The position numbers were made by a program, and so were the translations under genes. A DNA stretch of 63,414 nt, filler included, from Octopus bimaculoides (Eukaryota), in assembly GCF_001194135.2 (NCBI RefSeq). It is 5 parts of 5 records of this genome, joined end to end, with 100 filler letters (N's around TTAATTAATTAA, not from the genome) between each part and the next. Parts side by side here need not be neighbours in the genome. Positions count along the whole stretch, not along the records: positions 1 to 28,731 come from NC_068982.1; 4 more parts are not named here. One strand, written 5' to 3'. Under the pieces are notes generated by a model that saw only the letters and a program-made list of their open reading frames with translations, did not search any database and was not told the DNA's origin. Shown piece after piece: positions 9,665 through 20,880 of this stretch. Positions within the stretch are counted from its first letter, which is position 1; every line of letters starts with the position of its first letter.

Positions 9665-12600
9665 CTGAAAGCGAAATTGCAGTTCCTTGATATGCAAGAT
9701 TTATAAGTGGCGCTATATAACTTTATCATTATTAGGAGTGGCTTTCCTTATTGTTATTTTATTCTCATTCTTAACAAGACTTTTGTCATGTAAAAGCTAC
9801 TGTTTGAAGTCCGGTCTTTTTTTTTTTTCGTCTTATGTCTTAATTCCTCTTTCATTTTGTGGTCAAAAGACATTATAGTCTCAGAAAAATGCTTTGTAGT
9901 GTTTGTTCCGATTATTTACATTCTGCGTCTAACTTCTCTTCATGTCAACCACGCCTTTCATCCCTCTGAGGTTCATAAAGATAAGGTGCTATCTTGTACT
10001 GCACTTGATAGTATCTACTAAGCACTTTTCTTCCAAAATGTCCTGGTCATTAATTATTTTTGTCTTTGCTGTTGTAAGTCTCGAAGGTCTTTTTCTATCA
10101 TATTCTTGAGTAAATGGTAGATCACTATCATATCCATTTAAATATAGAAGCAAGAGCCATATCTTTTAAATATTATCTATTGGTGAGACAAGGTAGGCCA
10201 GTGAACATGTTTTTGAAGTTTGGTGAGCATAAAGGACGAAATTATCACCACTACAAAATAAATACCTGTACTAAGTATCAGCACCAGGATGGTCCACGAT
10301 AATAGTATCCACTGACTAACTGAACACGTTAATACGGATTATTGCTAGTTTACCACTCTTGAACGGGAAATTTCCACCTGTTAGGCTACTGCACAATACA
10401 GAAAAGTTCACACACATGAGGAAATGTCACCTACATATACAAAATTTATTAGGCATGCGTTCCCTCCATCGCTATCGTTTGTGCAAGTAATCTAAAGTCC
10501 TGTTCCTAAGATAAGCTTGTCCTTTTCCTTAAGTAATCAAGCACTCTCCACATACTCGTCTCTTTATTTGTCTTTATTACCCATATTGTCATCAATCCAT
10601 ACAGACTACACGGACTTCTACGTCTCTTTCTTTTGCCCCGGAAACATCAACTTTCTGCAATTATCACATTTCTACTTATCTTTGATTCTTCGATTGGCAG
10701 TATTTTAAGTAGAGTAAGAAGCACGAAATATCATAGATTCCTTGCGAAGGCGATGTATGAAGCTTCCTCCACATCTAGCAAATAAAAAATTAACAATTTT
10801 CTTTTGGGATGAGCCAAAGGTAGATCACATTCACCCATTGCACATTCATCGTGCAAGGGGATTGATCTCGAATGCTTGTCGATGCGAAGTAAAATTCTTA
10901 AACATTCTGATATACATTATGTGAGTTTCCTATAATCTCATTTCTTGACCAGTTATACATACATTGGCTATATATGTGAACTAAGATTTTGGCTTCAACA
11001 TTAACGAGAGACGTATTAATTATGGGAAGCATTACTTACAAGAATTAAGCCTTAGACCCACAGTACCCCTTTCAAGATTTAAACATATCGTCATGATTTA
11101 AGATATTTTTGAATAGGTAATAAGAAATGTATATTAAATTCTTGAACTTTGAAGAAAGAAATTATGTAGAATTACATGTGAAAATTAAACAAGATGTTAA
11201 GACAACATGGTAAATACAGTGAAACTTTTGTGCAGATATTAGGAAGAGAAAATGCATCCAACAAGAGAATTCCCAATCACATTATAAGAGCGTACAAGTA
11301 TGGGAATGCAAAATGACTTGAGAAATCATTAATAATAGAGGAAAACATAAAACAAATAAAACTATGAAAGAAAACAATGAAAAAAATAAAACTAAAAAAA
11401 AATACTCATATGTGAACTACAGGAATATATACATATGATGTACAAGAAAGAAAGCTATATTGTTTTAAATAACAAAAACAGTATATCTACGTGATCAATA
11501 CATATGCAAGAAATAACTAAATCTTTTCCAAACCACATGCTATCATCTAACACAAAGAAAGGACACACCGGAGAATGAAGTGTCAGAAATACCTCACAAC
11601 ATCTGCTAGGATCACATCGTGCACAAAGTTGGTTATTAATCATTTCGTTTGTATTAGGCTAACGGTTAAAAATAATTGCAAAACTAAAGCAGCAAAGCCA
11701 AAATTATATGTTATACATGGTGTCTAAATTGAATGTTATGCTTATGGCTTGAATACGTTGATGAAATGTCCTCTCTTTTAGGGCTAGATAAGGTTAAGCA
11801 GCAGCAGTAACATCAATAACAACGACAAACCCAAAGCAGCTACAGATAAATCAATACGAAAGTAAAGTCCACAAATAAAATGATGCGAAAGTAAATGTCG
11901 GAAAGTTGTTTACGTTTCCAAGGACTGATATATTGATTATTCAATAATAAAAACCAGTTGTGGATCAAAATTTTATTGGATTAAAAAGTAAACAGAGTTT
12001 TTACATGGAAGTGTTAAAGTTTATTGAACAGAAGATAATTAGAATAATATACGGAATATCATTTCTAAAGTTGCTTTTCTTTTTTGTATACTTGAAAACA
12101 TCTTTAAAAATTAATGAATCTAAGCACACTATGGCACTCGTGAGTGGAATATTCATTGAAATATATTATCTTGGGATGTGTATAAATGTAGTGCTTACAA
12201 CTAAAGTAACTGCTTACAACAAACATAATAGTTTTAAATATATTAGTTGTGCTAGCAACGATTCACAGCCTTAATGGATTGATTTGGAAGAACGTAAGCT
12301 GGTATCAGGCAAAAATGAATAATAGCAAACATCTTCGGGTTCCAAAAAGTATGATTTCACATGAATTACATAAATCAAACAAAATCTGTAGAACTACCAG
12401 CATGATTAACATCTCAGACTACCATTCATTCATGAGATGTCTAATAGAAACGTATAAAGAACATGAATTTGTTTACGTTTGCCTGGTGCTGAACATATAC
12501 TGCAGAGTGCAGGTGATATCAGGCAAACAGAAATGAGGAAAGAAAAGACTGAGAAGAAAAAGCCTAAATTTTAAATGGTGTGCATGACAAATACATTTTG

Positions 12601-12704
12601 CGTTTAGGAAAAGCATTACATATTGAACAAAGCAGAGAATCATTAATCATTCCAACAACGCGAGTGCTAATATATAGTATAACATTATTTATATCATCAG
12701 TGAA

Positions 12705-12870
12705 GGCAGGGAGCTGGCTGAATCGTCTGCAAGATAGGCAAAATAATTAGTGGCATTCTATCCGTTTTTATGTTCAAAGTTCAAATTTCGCCAAGGTCGA
12801 CCCTTCTGGGTCGGCGAAGCCATTACCAGTCCGGCACTGGGAACGATGCAATTTCAGGCCTTGTGCCTAC
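12705..12870 (+). mobile_element. tRNA-derived SINE, degraded
   Basis: GGCAGGGAGCTGGCTGAATCG head, B-box-like AGTTCAAATTTCGCC, then GTCGAC and a GGCCTTGTGCCTA tail. Same family as the minus-strand copies at ~17835 and ~34700. Confidence 0.7.
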
Positions 12871-13252
12871 ACGTGAAACGATTATTGTACTATCAATATG
12901 TTTTTGACCTGGCAGAATCGATCGAGCTTCGAAACAATGATTTGCAGTATTTCCTCAAAGAGATTAGTTTCGGAATCCAAATTCCGCTGGTAACCACTTT
13001 GCTTTTCATGCTTTCGGAGTCAGTAAAATATCTACCTATGAAATGCTGACCAAAATTTGAAGCCATTAGTGTTTTTCAGTGCTTCCACACCAATAATTAC
13101 AAGAGTATTTTGAAATGTTGAATTAATAGGTTTTATTGATATATGTTTTAAGACGTATGGGTGCGTAACACTGTGTGTATGTGTTTATGTGAATATGTAT
13201 ATACTAATATATAATTTTTGGGATATATGTGTATGTGTATGTGTATGTGTAT

Positions 13253-13405
13253 GGAGGTATGGCTGTGTGGTAAGAAGCTTGCTTCCCAACCACATGGGGC
13301 CGGGTTCAGCCCTTCTGCATGACACCTTGGGAAAGTGTCTTCTGTTATTGCCTCAGCCCGACCAAAGCCTTATTAGAGGATTTGGTAAACGGAAATAGAA
13401 ATAAG
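13253..13405 (+). mobile_element. tRNA-derived SINE (GGCTGTGTGGTAAGAAGCTTGCTTCCCAACCACATGG head)
   Basis: A-box-like TGGCTGTGTGG and B-box-like GGGTTCAGCCC. The same head occurs on the minus strand at 19076-19232, 38205-38592 and 43955-44036. Confidence 0.8.
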
Positions 13406-13743
13406 ACGGGGAGCTGCAAGAATCATATGCTGAGACCCCCTTCGGTCATGACCTAGAAAGTGACCCTACTAGGTACAAGTCCGGGCAAGGTTGTTTATGG
13501 AAGACCAGCAGTCGCTCATGCATAGTGGCCTCCCTTCTCCAGGTCACCACTGTAATCTAAGGGAAAGGCAAAGGCCGATACACCTGTGACGTCGGAACTC
13601 ATTTCTATGGCTGAGTGAATTTAAGCAGTGGGATATAAAGTGTCTTTCTCAAGAACACAACACGCAGCCCGGTCCGGGATTCAAACTCACAACCCCATGA
13701 TTGTACGTTCGACACTCTAACCACTGAGCCATGCGCCTTCACA
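13406..13743 (-). mobile_element. tRNA-derived SINE
   Basis: The minus strand begins GTGAAGGCGCATGGCTCAGTGGTTAGAGTGTCG...GAGTTTGAATCCCGG, with clear A and B boxes. Confidence 0.8.
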
Positions 13744-13748
13744 CAAGA

Positions 13749-13784
<36 letters not shown>

Positions 13785-14040
13785 NNNNNNNNNNNNNNNN
13801 NNNNNNNNNNNNNNNNNNNNNNNNNNNNNNNNNNNNNNNNNNNNNNNNNNNNNNNNNNNNNNNNNNNNNNNNNNNNNNNNNNNNNNNNNNNNNNNNNNNN
13901 NNNNNNNNNNNNNNNNNNNNNNNNNNNNNNNNNNNNNNNNNNNNNNNNNNNNNNNNNNNNNNNNNNNNNNNNNNNNNNNNNNNNNNNNNNNNNNNNNNNN
14001 NNNNNNNNNNNNNNNNNNNNNNNNNNNNNNATGTTAATTC

Positions 14041-14338
14041 TCTAAATGAAGTATTAACAGTAACTGCACGATAAAGTGTAGTATATTGCCACTTAAGTGT
14101 GGCTGACCCCTAGGGGTGGATGTTACTGTTGCTTTTAGCCCCAGGAGGACATCTCCTCCAGCTGGCTTATCGACACACGACTGTGTCCTGTTTGCCTATA
14201 ATATTTATAAACAATGTAAGTTACGGAGAGAAAGTGACTATATTATTATATAGTTATTATTGTACTAAGAGACTTTCATAGTTGGTTTCTGTGAAAATAA
14301 AACGTCTTCCTGGAGAATAAAACATAGGGCTAGGACCG

Positions 14339-14339
<1 letters not shown>
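14041..14339. repeat. Unclassified GC-richer element bounded by a gap and (AT)n
   Basis: Contains a CCCC-TA-GGGG palindrome and a GGAGGA-CATC-TCCTCC hairpin; not assignable from the sequence. Confidence 0.3.
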
Positions 14340-14425
<86 letters not shown>

Positions 14426-14660
14426 GTGTGTGTATGTGTGTGTGTGCGCGTGTTGAAGTAAATATATGTATATATATTGGGTCATACCATTAATAATGTG
14501 ATTTTTTTTCATCTACTTGAAATAGAACTCGAAGGGGACGAGATAAACTACAAGCATCAACTTGCTATGAAAGCCGGTAATAATCTTACCATGTCCTAAT
14601 TCTTAGGGCAAGTATTGGAGAATGCAGTTCGATTTTAACAGTTGAATTTTAAAATCTATA

Positions 14661-15542
14661 ATGGAAGTAACAACGAACTATATTCAACATATTTTGCTTT
14701 TTAAGTTCAGTGAAGACAACAAAGCAACGGAAAGTGCAAGGAATATCAATGCAGTATATGGGGATCGGACAATAAGTGTGAGCTAGTGTAAACTGTGGTT
14801 GCAGAAATTCCGCACCGGAAAAAACAGTCTATAGGCCTCGACACCAGGACGCCCTGCAAACCCGGGTAAAACAAAATCCTAACGTAACTGTTGAGGAATT
14901 TGCAAAGAAGCTTGCATTTGATCATTGAACCATTCATCGACACCTGCGTGTCATCGGAAAAGTCACCAAATCGAGTCAAAAGGTTCCTCACAAACATTTC
15001 ACGTGTAATCGCGCGCAGAGAGTGAACGTGAGCTCTTCTTTGCTGTCACATATCACGAATGAACATTTCTGACGAGAAATAGGTTCTCTATAATAATGTC
15101 AAGCACTGATGACAGTGGGTAGCGAAAGGAGAAACACCAGCACTCCAGGCTAAAGGTTTCTACCCACGTAAGGCATTGTTATCTGTTTGGAGGGATATGA
15201 AAGGTTTATTCCACTTTTAAACTCAAACCAAACGACTACAAAGGAAATCTACTGCGAGTAGCTTGAGCGGCTTAAGTCAGCGGTACAAGAAAAACGACCA
15301 CGTTTGGTATCAAGATTAAAGGTATCCTTCCAGCAGGGCAATGTTCGGCCACATACACTGAGGATGACATTCCATAAGCTGCAGCAGTTTCAATGAAAAA
15401 CGACGCCCCACCCATCATATTCGCCGGACATTGCCCCATTTTATCATTTATTCTGCAGTCTTCAAAATCATTTGGACGGAAATGTATGAATTATATAGAC
15501 GAGATCAAAACAGTACTGAAGGAGTACTTTTCGTCACAGAAT
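14661..15542 (+). pseudogene. mariner (D,D34D class) transposase relic
   Basis: MEVTTNYIQHILLFKF...KATESARNINAVYG...WLQKFRTG, TIHRHLRVIGKV...KVPHK, DEK*VLYNNVK, FQQGNVRPHT, TPHPSYSPDIAPFYHLFCSLQNHLDG, IKTVLKEYFSSQ. It is cut by the gap at 15543. Confidence 0.92.
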
Positions 15543-16039
15543 NNNNNNNNNNNNNNNNNNNNNNNNNNNNNNNNNNNNNNNNNNNNNNNNNNNNNNNNNN
15601 NNNNNNNNNNNNNNNATATATATATATATATACACGCATACATCCATACAAGGCGGTGCTCCAGCATGGCCGCAAGCAAATGATTGAAGCATGTGATAGG
15701 ATAAAATGATAAAATGATTATTAGTGTGTGTTAGTGTTTGTGTGTTTGTCAGTGAATGTGTGTGTGTGTATGTGTAAACGTATGTATGCAGTTACACACA
15801 TACAGATACTTTACGGAATATAGGAACACTTTTTATTAAAATACGTAGGTCGTTCGCATTTCAAATGCTAGTGGATTAACACTTTTTTCCATTGGACTTA
15901 TGATTGATGTTTTGCCAAACATGTGAGTAATCAATCACTGTCCTGATGAATTTCGAAACGTAATTATATATCTCTTCTTTCTAATATATTCTGTAATGGC
16001 TTCAGTGTACCTCTCGTAGCAAGAATAGAAGAGTCAAAG

Positions 16040-16370
16040 TTTACACGCCAAACTAATTCAGTGAGTTCACTTCAAGAAAAGATCACAGAACTGCCCATTT
16101 CAAAGATACAAAGGCCAACTCAAAGCAACACCGAAAGCCACTGGAATTGAGCTTAAATCGTTTGAAGCACAAACCCGAGACCGTGTTCCATCATCATCAG
16201 AACCAAAATCTGCGAAGTCACAGGAGCGAAATGGAAGAAATCAAACGACAGGATAAAAAGGCTCGACAAAACCAACCTCGTCCTCCACCAACATTGTCAT
16301 GCAATCAATACCATCAACTCTTCTATGCAAGAATAGGTCTACAGAATCATCAACGGCATCACCATAGAGG
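16040..16370 (+). mobile_element. RTE-clade LINE 3' end
   Basis: HFKDTKAN...EAQTRDR and terminal TLSCNQYHQLFYARIGLQNHQRHH, a decayed CxxC...RIGL.SH.R.H C-terminal motif typical of RTE elements. Confidence 0.7.
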
Positions 16371-16551
16371 AACTGTTCATACGTAAGTATATATATTTAC
16401 ATATTCATACCGCACACATATAAACCATAAAATGTCACGAGGTACGAGAAGTGAGATTAGATCTTCTAGATTTCAACTGCATAGAACTATGCATTGTCCT
16501 CCTCCGTATTGAATTACTATATGGTATAATAGCCGGATCCAATGTGTGTGC

Positions 16552-16599
<48 letters not shown>

Positions 16600-16610
16600 N
16601 NNNNNNNNNT

Positions 16611-16657
<47 letters not shown>

Positions 16658-17282
16658 CAATAATCTGGGATAATACAAAACTCCAATGACCTTCTGGATA
16701 TGTTCAAATATATTTTGAAATACATATAGACATATTCGACTCTACTATTACATACTTCATCAGATATTGTTGTATACAGTTTCATACGTTTTCATTTTCC
16801 ATAAAAATCTGTATGAATATACGTGCGTGTATGTGTATGTGTATCCAAGTTTATAGACACACCTTCCTAGTACCTCCATAATACAGCTGTATAAATCTGC
16901 TTATACATGAGTGCGTCTTGAGAAAAAGAAGCTTGTATGGAGAAAAGATACACATATTTCCGTATTACATTTGCATGGATGACATAGTATTCAAAGCTGT
17001 TAGCAATTACGTTGCTGTAAGAAAGCCTCATCTCAAGGGAAACAAAACTCATACAACGCTTGGAACCGAAATGATTTTATATTATGTATAAGGTTCAGCT
17101 ATCAATGAATCTTATTTGAGTAGCAATTTATTGGGTATTCTTAAAACTTCTGTATTCTCTGTGGATGTAGTTATTAAATTTTAGATCGCAAGGAAATGAA
17201 TTATAAAATGAAGTGGATTTATGAATGTGACACAAAAAGCAAAAATTGCACAGCAGTCACTCTTTATTGATATGAAACGTAC

Positions 17283-17326
17283 AATACTCCCATTCTGCAT
17301 TTCATGTAGCCAATACATCAATGCAC
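17283..17326 (-). other. Candidate 44-nt exon of an unidentified gene
   Basis: Minus-strand acceptor tctttgtgttacAG and donor ATT|GTACGT; open in one phase, GALMYWLHEMQNGSI. Confidence 0.15.
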
Positions 17327-17834
17327 CTGTAACACAAAGATGTGTGATAAATTTTACACCCAATAAATAAAGACATTTATTCCTGTAAGTGAAACGATAT
17401 GCGATTAACAAGGTTTTTATACTACACTCTTTTCTAATGGTAAAGAAAATAATCGACAAAATTACGACATATTTCGGTTTACCGTGACATTCATACAATC
17501 ATCTATTTTATACATGATAACAATTCTGCTACCATGTTGTACTAAAAACAATACAAAATGACATAGAACCCGGTGCGAAAATCGAGACTGAAACACATAT
17601 TATATCATGATATATAGCAGTGTTCCATACAGGTAATATTAATTCCCATGTATTAAATATATTAGTCGCACCAAACTTGCCTAGGCCTTTGAGATAAGCA
17701 ACATGCTAACTTTTGTTTTGTCCCCATATACAGCTCAATAATAGTGCAGAGTATAAAACTGGTCGTGTCTTGAGGCATTAAAATAACGTTTGCAGTTATA
17801 TTTTTTTGTATTTATTTATTTATAGAGATTCTTG

Positions 17835-18030
17835 GTTTAAGTACAAGCAACCAGATTTCATAGGATGGTTTTAGTCAATACTATCGATCCTAGTACTTTA
17901 TTTTATTCATCCTTAAAGGGTGAAATAGAAAACTGTATTTAGCGAGATTTGAACTTTTGATGTTATAAGGAAGAGAAAATACAACTAGGCATTTTTCCGA
18001 CGTTCTAAGTATTCTACTGTGTCACTACCT
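17835..18030 (-). mobile_element. tRNA-derived SINE, highly diverged
   Basis: Plus strand ...ATCGATCCTAGTACT...GAGATTTGAACT...GCATTTTTCCGACGTTCTAA aligns with the reverse complement of the family at 12705. Confidence 0.55.
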
Positions 18031-19025
18031 CGCCTTTTCTATAATGAAAAATAATCTGCAGTAGTAGGTAAATAATAATGCATAATAAAGCAATACTGAT
18101 GTATTTTGTTAATAACTGTTCAATAGCTAGTAATACATCAGAAAATATAACCTGAATATTTAAGATAGTATGAAGTGTTTGCTAAAATGTATTACTACAG
18201 CGTACGATCGTCTAGGGGATCTTCAAATAGAAACAAGTGACACGACTGACTTCAATAAAATTTTGGTTTGATTCCTATAGGGTGTAGGCTGCTTTCAGCG
18301 TTGTTTGATCCAAATTTCTTTTAACACAATATATTGCATATTATTTTACTTTTTGGCACATATATTGAACCTTCAGCAATTTCGAAAACTAAAGAGATAT
18401 ACCTCTTCAATTCTAGGAATAAAATATTTAATATGATGCTGAAGGCACTAAGTTTGCTGTCGTTCAATGACTTGATTTACACACCAGCCACGGATGCAGG
18501 TGCTTTTGCGAGTCAAATAGGCCGCCTTTGCTTTTTTTTTTTTAGTTCTTTGTATCCTTTTAAACCAATATTTTATACTATTACACAGGTCTGCGAGCAA
18601 AACATTGCTTCATATTTATTAGGTAAAATCATCAACTTTTACTGCTGTTTTCAATAATTACAAAGAAATTTTACACACAAGTACAGTTTCTTCACAAATC
18701 GATCATTGCATTTTACCATTATGCCCGAATTTCACTGATATTTCTTATTATTACTTTTAATTACCATATGTAAACAGACTATAACAATATGACAAAAAGG
18801 CGTAATTTGCCAAATAAGCTCGTAGCAATATCTAGACCGCTTTAGCTACACAGAGGTGTTCCTGCATTATCGTAGCTTCTCTCGCTCGCAAACGGTGAGG
18901 AGAGAACGATGAATTTTAGAAGGTCGAGTTACTTAGGTCAAAGCGTATATATATTTTTAAACCTGATACTTACTATATCGATCGTTTTTTTTTTCTTTCA
19001 GAAACACTAAATTAAAAGGACGTAA

Positions 19026-19075
<50 letters not shown>

Positions 19076-19077
<2 letters not shown>

Positions 19078-19232
19078 ACGACGGACTTTTTTTAGTTTCC
19101 ATTTTCCAAATCCACCCATAAGTCTTTGGTCTGCACGATGCTATACTAGATGACACTTGCCCAAGTTGCCACACAGGAGGAGTGAACCTGGAACCATATG
19201 GTTTAAGCAAGCTCCTAACCACACAGCCACCA
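19076..19232 (-). mobile_element. tRNA-derived SINE inserted in the Chapaev-like element, with (CA)n at 19028-19075
   Basis: Reverse complement of the GGCTGTGTGGT...CCATATGGTTCCAGGTTCACTCC...TTGGGCAAGTGTC family. Confidence 0.8.
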
Positions 19233-19459
19233 CTTTCAGAAATTTCTTCATACCTTGTTTTCATTGTATATATGCTACATCCATTGTTTTCTTTTTATTT
19301 AATGCTATTATGTACACACTTATATGGCAAATCAAATATATGCTTTTAAGGATATTCCCTTCTCTTTTCCCTCCAGGATTCCGCAGCATTTGAAGCAGGG
19401 ATCTTTCCTAGAAGACGTGCAGAAAGCTTGATAAATTTTGTTAAATTTTCGGCGTGTTT

Positions 19460-20880
19460 ATGACGAAGAAACAGCAGAGTAACATTTCCGAATTTCTTAC
19501 TGTGTCTACTTTGGCGTGAAATTAGGAGACCAAGATGAGAAATGGATCCTTATAAGGTATGCTCAATTTTTGTTGAAGAACTAAGTCAGTGGACAAAATA
19601 TACGGTCTTTTTGTTTTGGAGTTTCAATGATAGAGTGAGATCCTAAAAGTCACAGTGATGAAGTTATTTTTGCTCATATAATTTGCAGAGACACAATTCG
19701 AAGAGGGAAAAAACGTTGTTAATATTTATCTCCCATCTGCATAGTGATCTGTTGTCCCAGTCCCATTATCACAAGAAAATCTTGATGACATACACTTGAT
19801 TTCTGAGCAAGAAGGTAGAAATAGCAATGAAGGTGAAGAACATCAACTTTTCAACCAAGGTCAATTAAATTATCTAGTGAAGTAATTGGGACTCGCAAAA
19901 GAGCCAGCAGGGCCTTTAGGTTCGAGACTTCAATCCAAGAATCTTTTAACTCTTGGTTCATAATTCAATTGGTATCAAAACCGTGAAAAAGAATTTCTTC
20001 TTTATTTCGCTTAATAATAGGATAAATAGGAACACTTGTCATAAATTACATCACTGATGAAAGAAGAGTGTTTATTCTTTCTTCAAAGAAATGTCTTAAA
20101 TCTGTTCTATTGCATAATGATAATAAATTTGCTTCTATCCCTGTTGAATACTCAGTGATCATGAAGTAAACATGAAAATTTCATATCGCTCTACACAAGA
20201 CTAAAGATTTTAACTATATGATTTACTGCGACTTAAAATAAAATTGCCTGTTGCTTGAACAACAGTCAGTTTACACACACAACGTTTCCGTATTTATTGT
20301 GTGAACGGCACAGTAGAGCCAGAAACGTCGATTTGCCTAAAAAGAATTGTCAAGTAGGGATACACTTACACTTGGAACAAAGTATATATTTTGTGAAAAT
20401 TGATCCGAAGAGTTCGTTTGCCTCTTTTACGCATAGAACTTGGCCTTATGAAGCAATTTGTAAAAGTTTTGCTACAGGATGTAGAGGGCTCGAAATATTT
20501 GCCTAGCAAGTTTCCTGCTCTGACAGACACGAATGTTGAAGAACGTGTACCTGTAGTACCGGATATAAATAGTCACCAAGGATGAAACACTCTTAGTGAT
20601 TCTGAAAAAGATGCATATATTAATTTTAATGATGAGGTGGAATACGTCTTGAGTAATTTAATGTATCCAAGCTACAAAGACAATGTCGGGAGAATGCTGG
20701 AAATATTCGAGGCCTTAAGAGGGAAAATGAGCATTAGATTTCATTTCCAGCATTCCCTTTTGGATTTCCTAATGATCTGACGGATGTGAGTGAGGAGAAA
20801 GGCAAACTGTTTCACCAAGACATGAGAGAAATGGAAAGAAGATGTCAGAGAATATGGAATATCAGCTGACTATTGCTGAA
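19460..20880 (+). pseudogene. Chapaev-like transposase relic
   Basis: YFGVKLGDQDEKW (~19507-19545), FNQGQLNYLVK.LGLAKEPA..LGSRLQSKNLL...NREKEF (~19850-20000), LCERHSRA, LPLLRIELGLMKQFVK..KYLPSKFPAL (20400-20585), and SEEKGKLFHQDMREMERR...ADYC (~20787-20878). Family assignment is from recalled motifs, not a search. Confidence 0.8.

Noticed and set aside
10160-10330. Hydrophobic minus-strand reading WILLSWTILVLILSTG
   Set aside because: Hydrophobic runs are expected in AT-rich DNA; splice signals are weak and no homology is recognised.
15943-15962. CTGATGA-ATTTC-GAAAC-GTA hammerhead-like string
   Set aside because: No stem II or stem III can form; at best a deleted relic.
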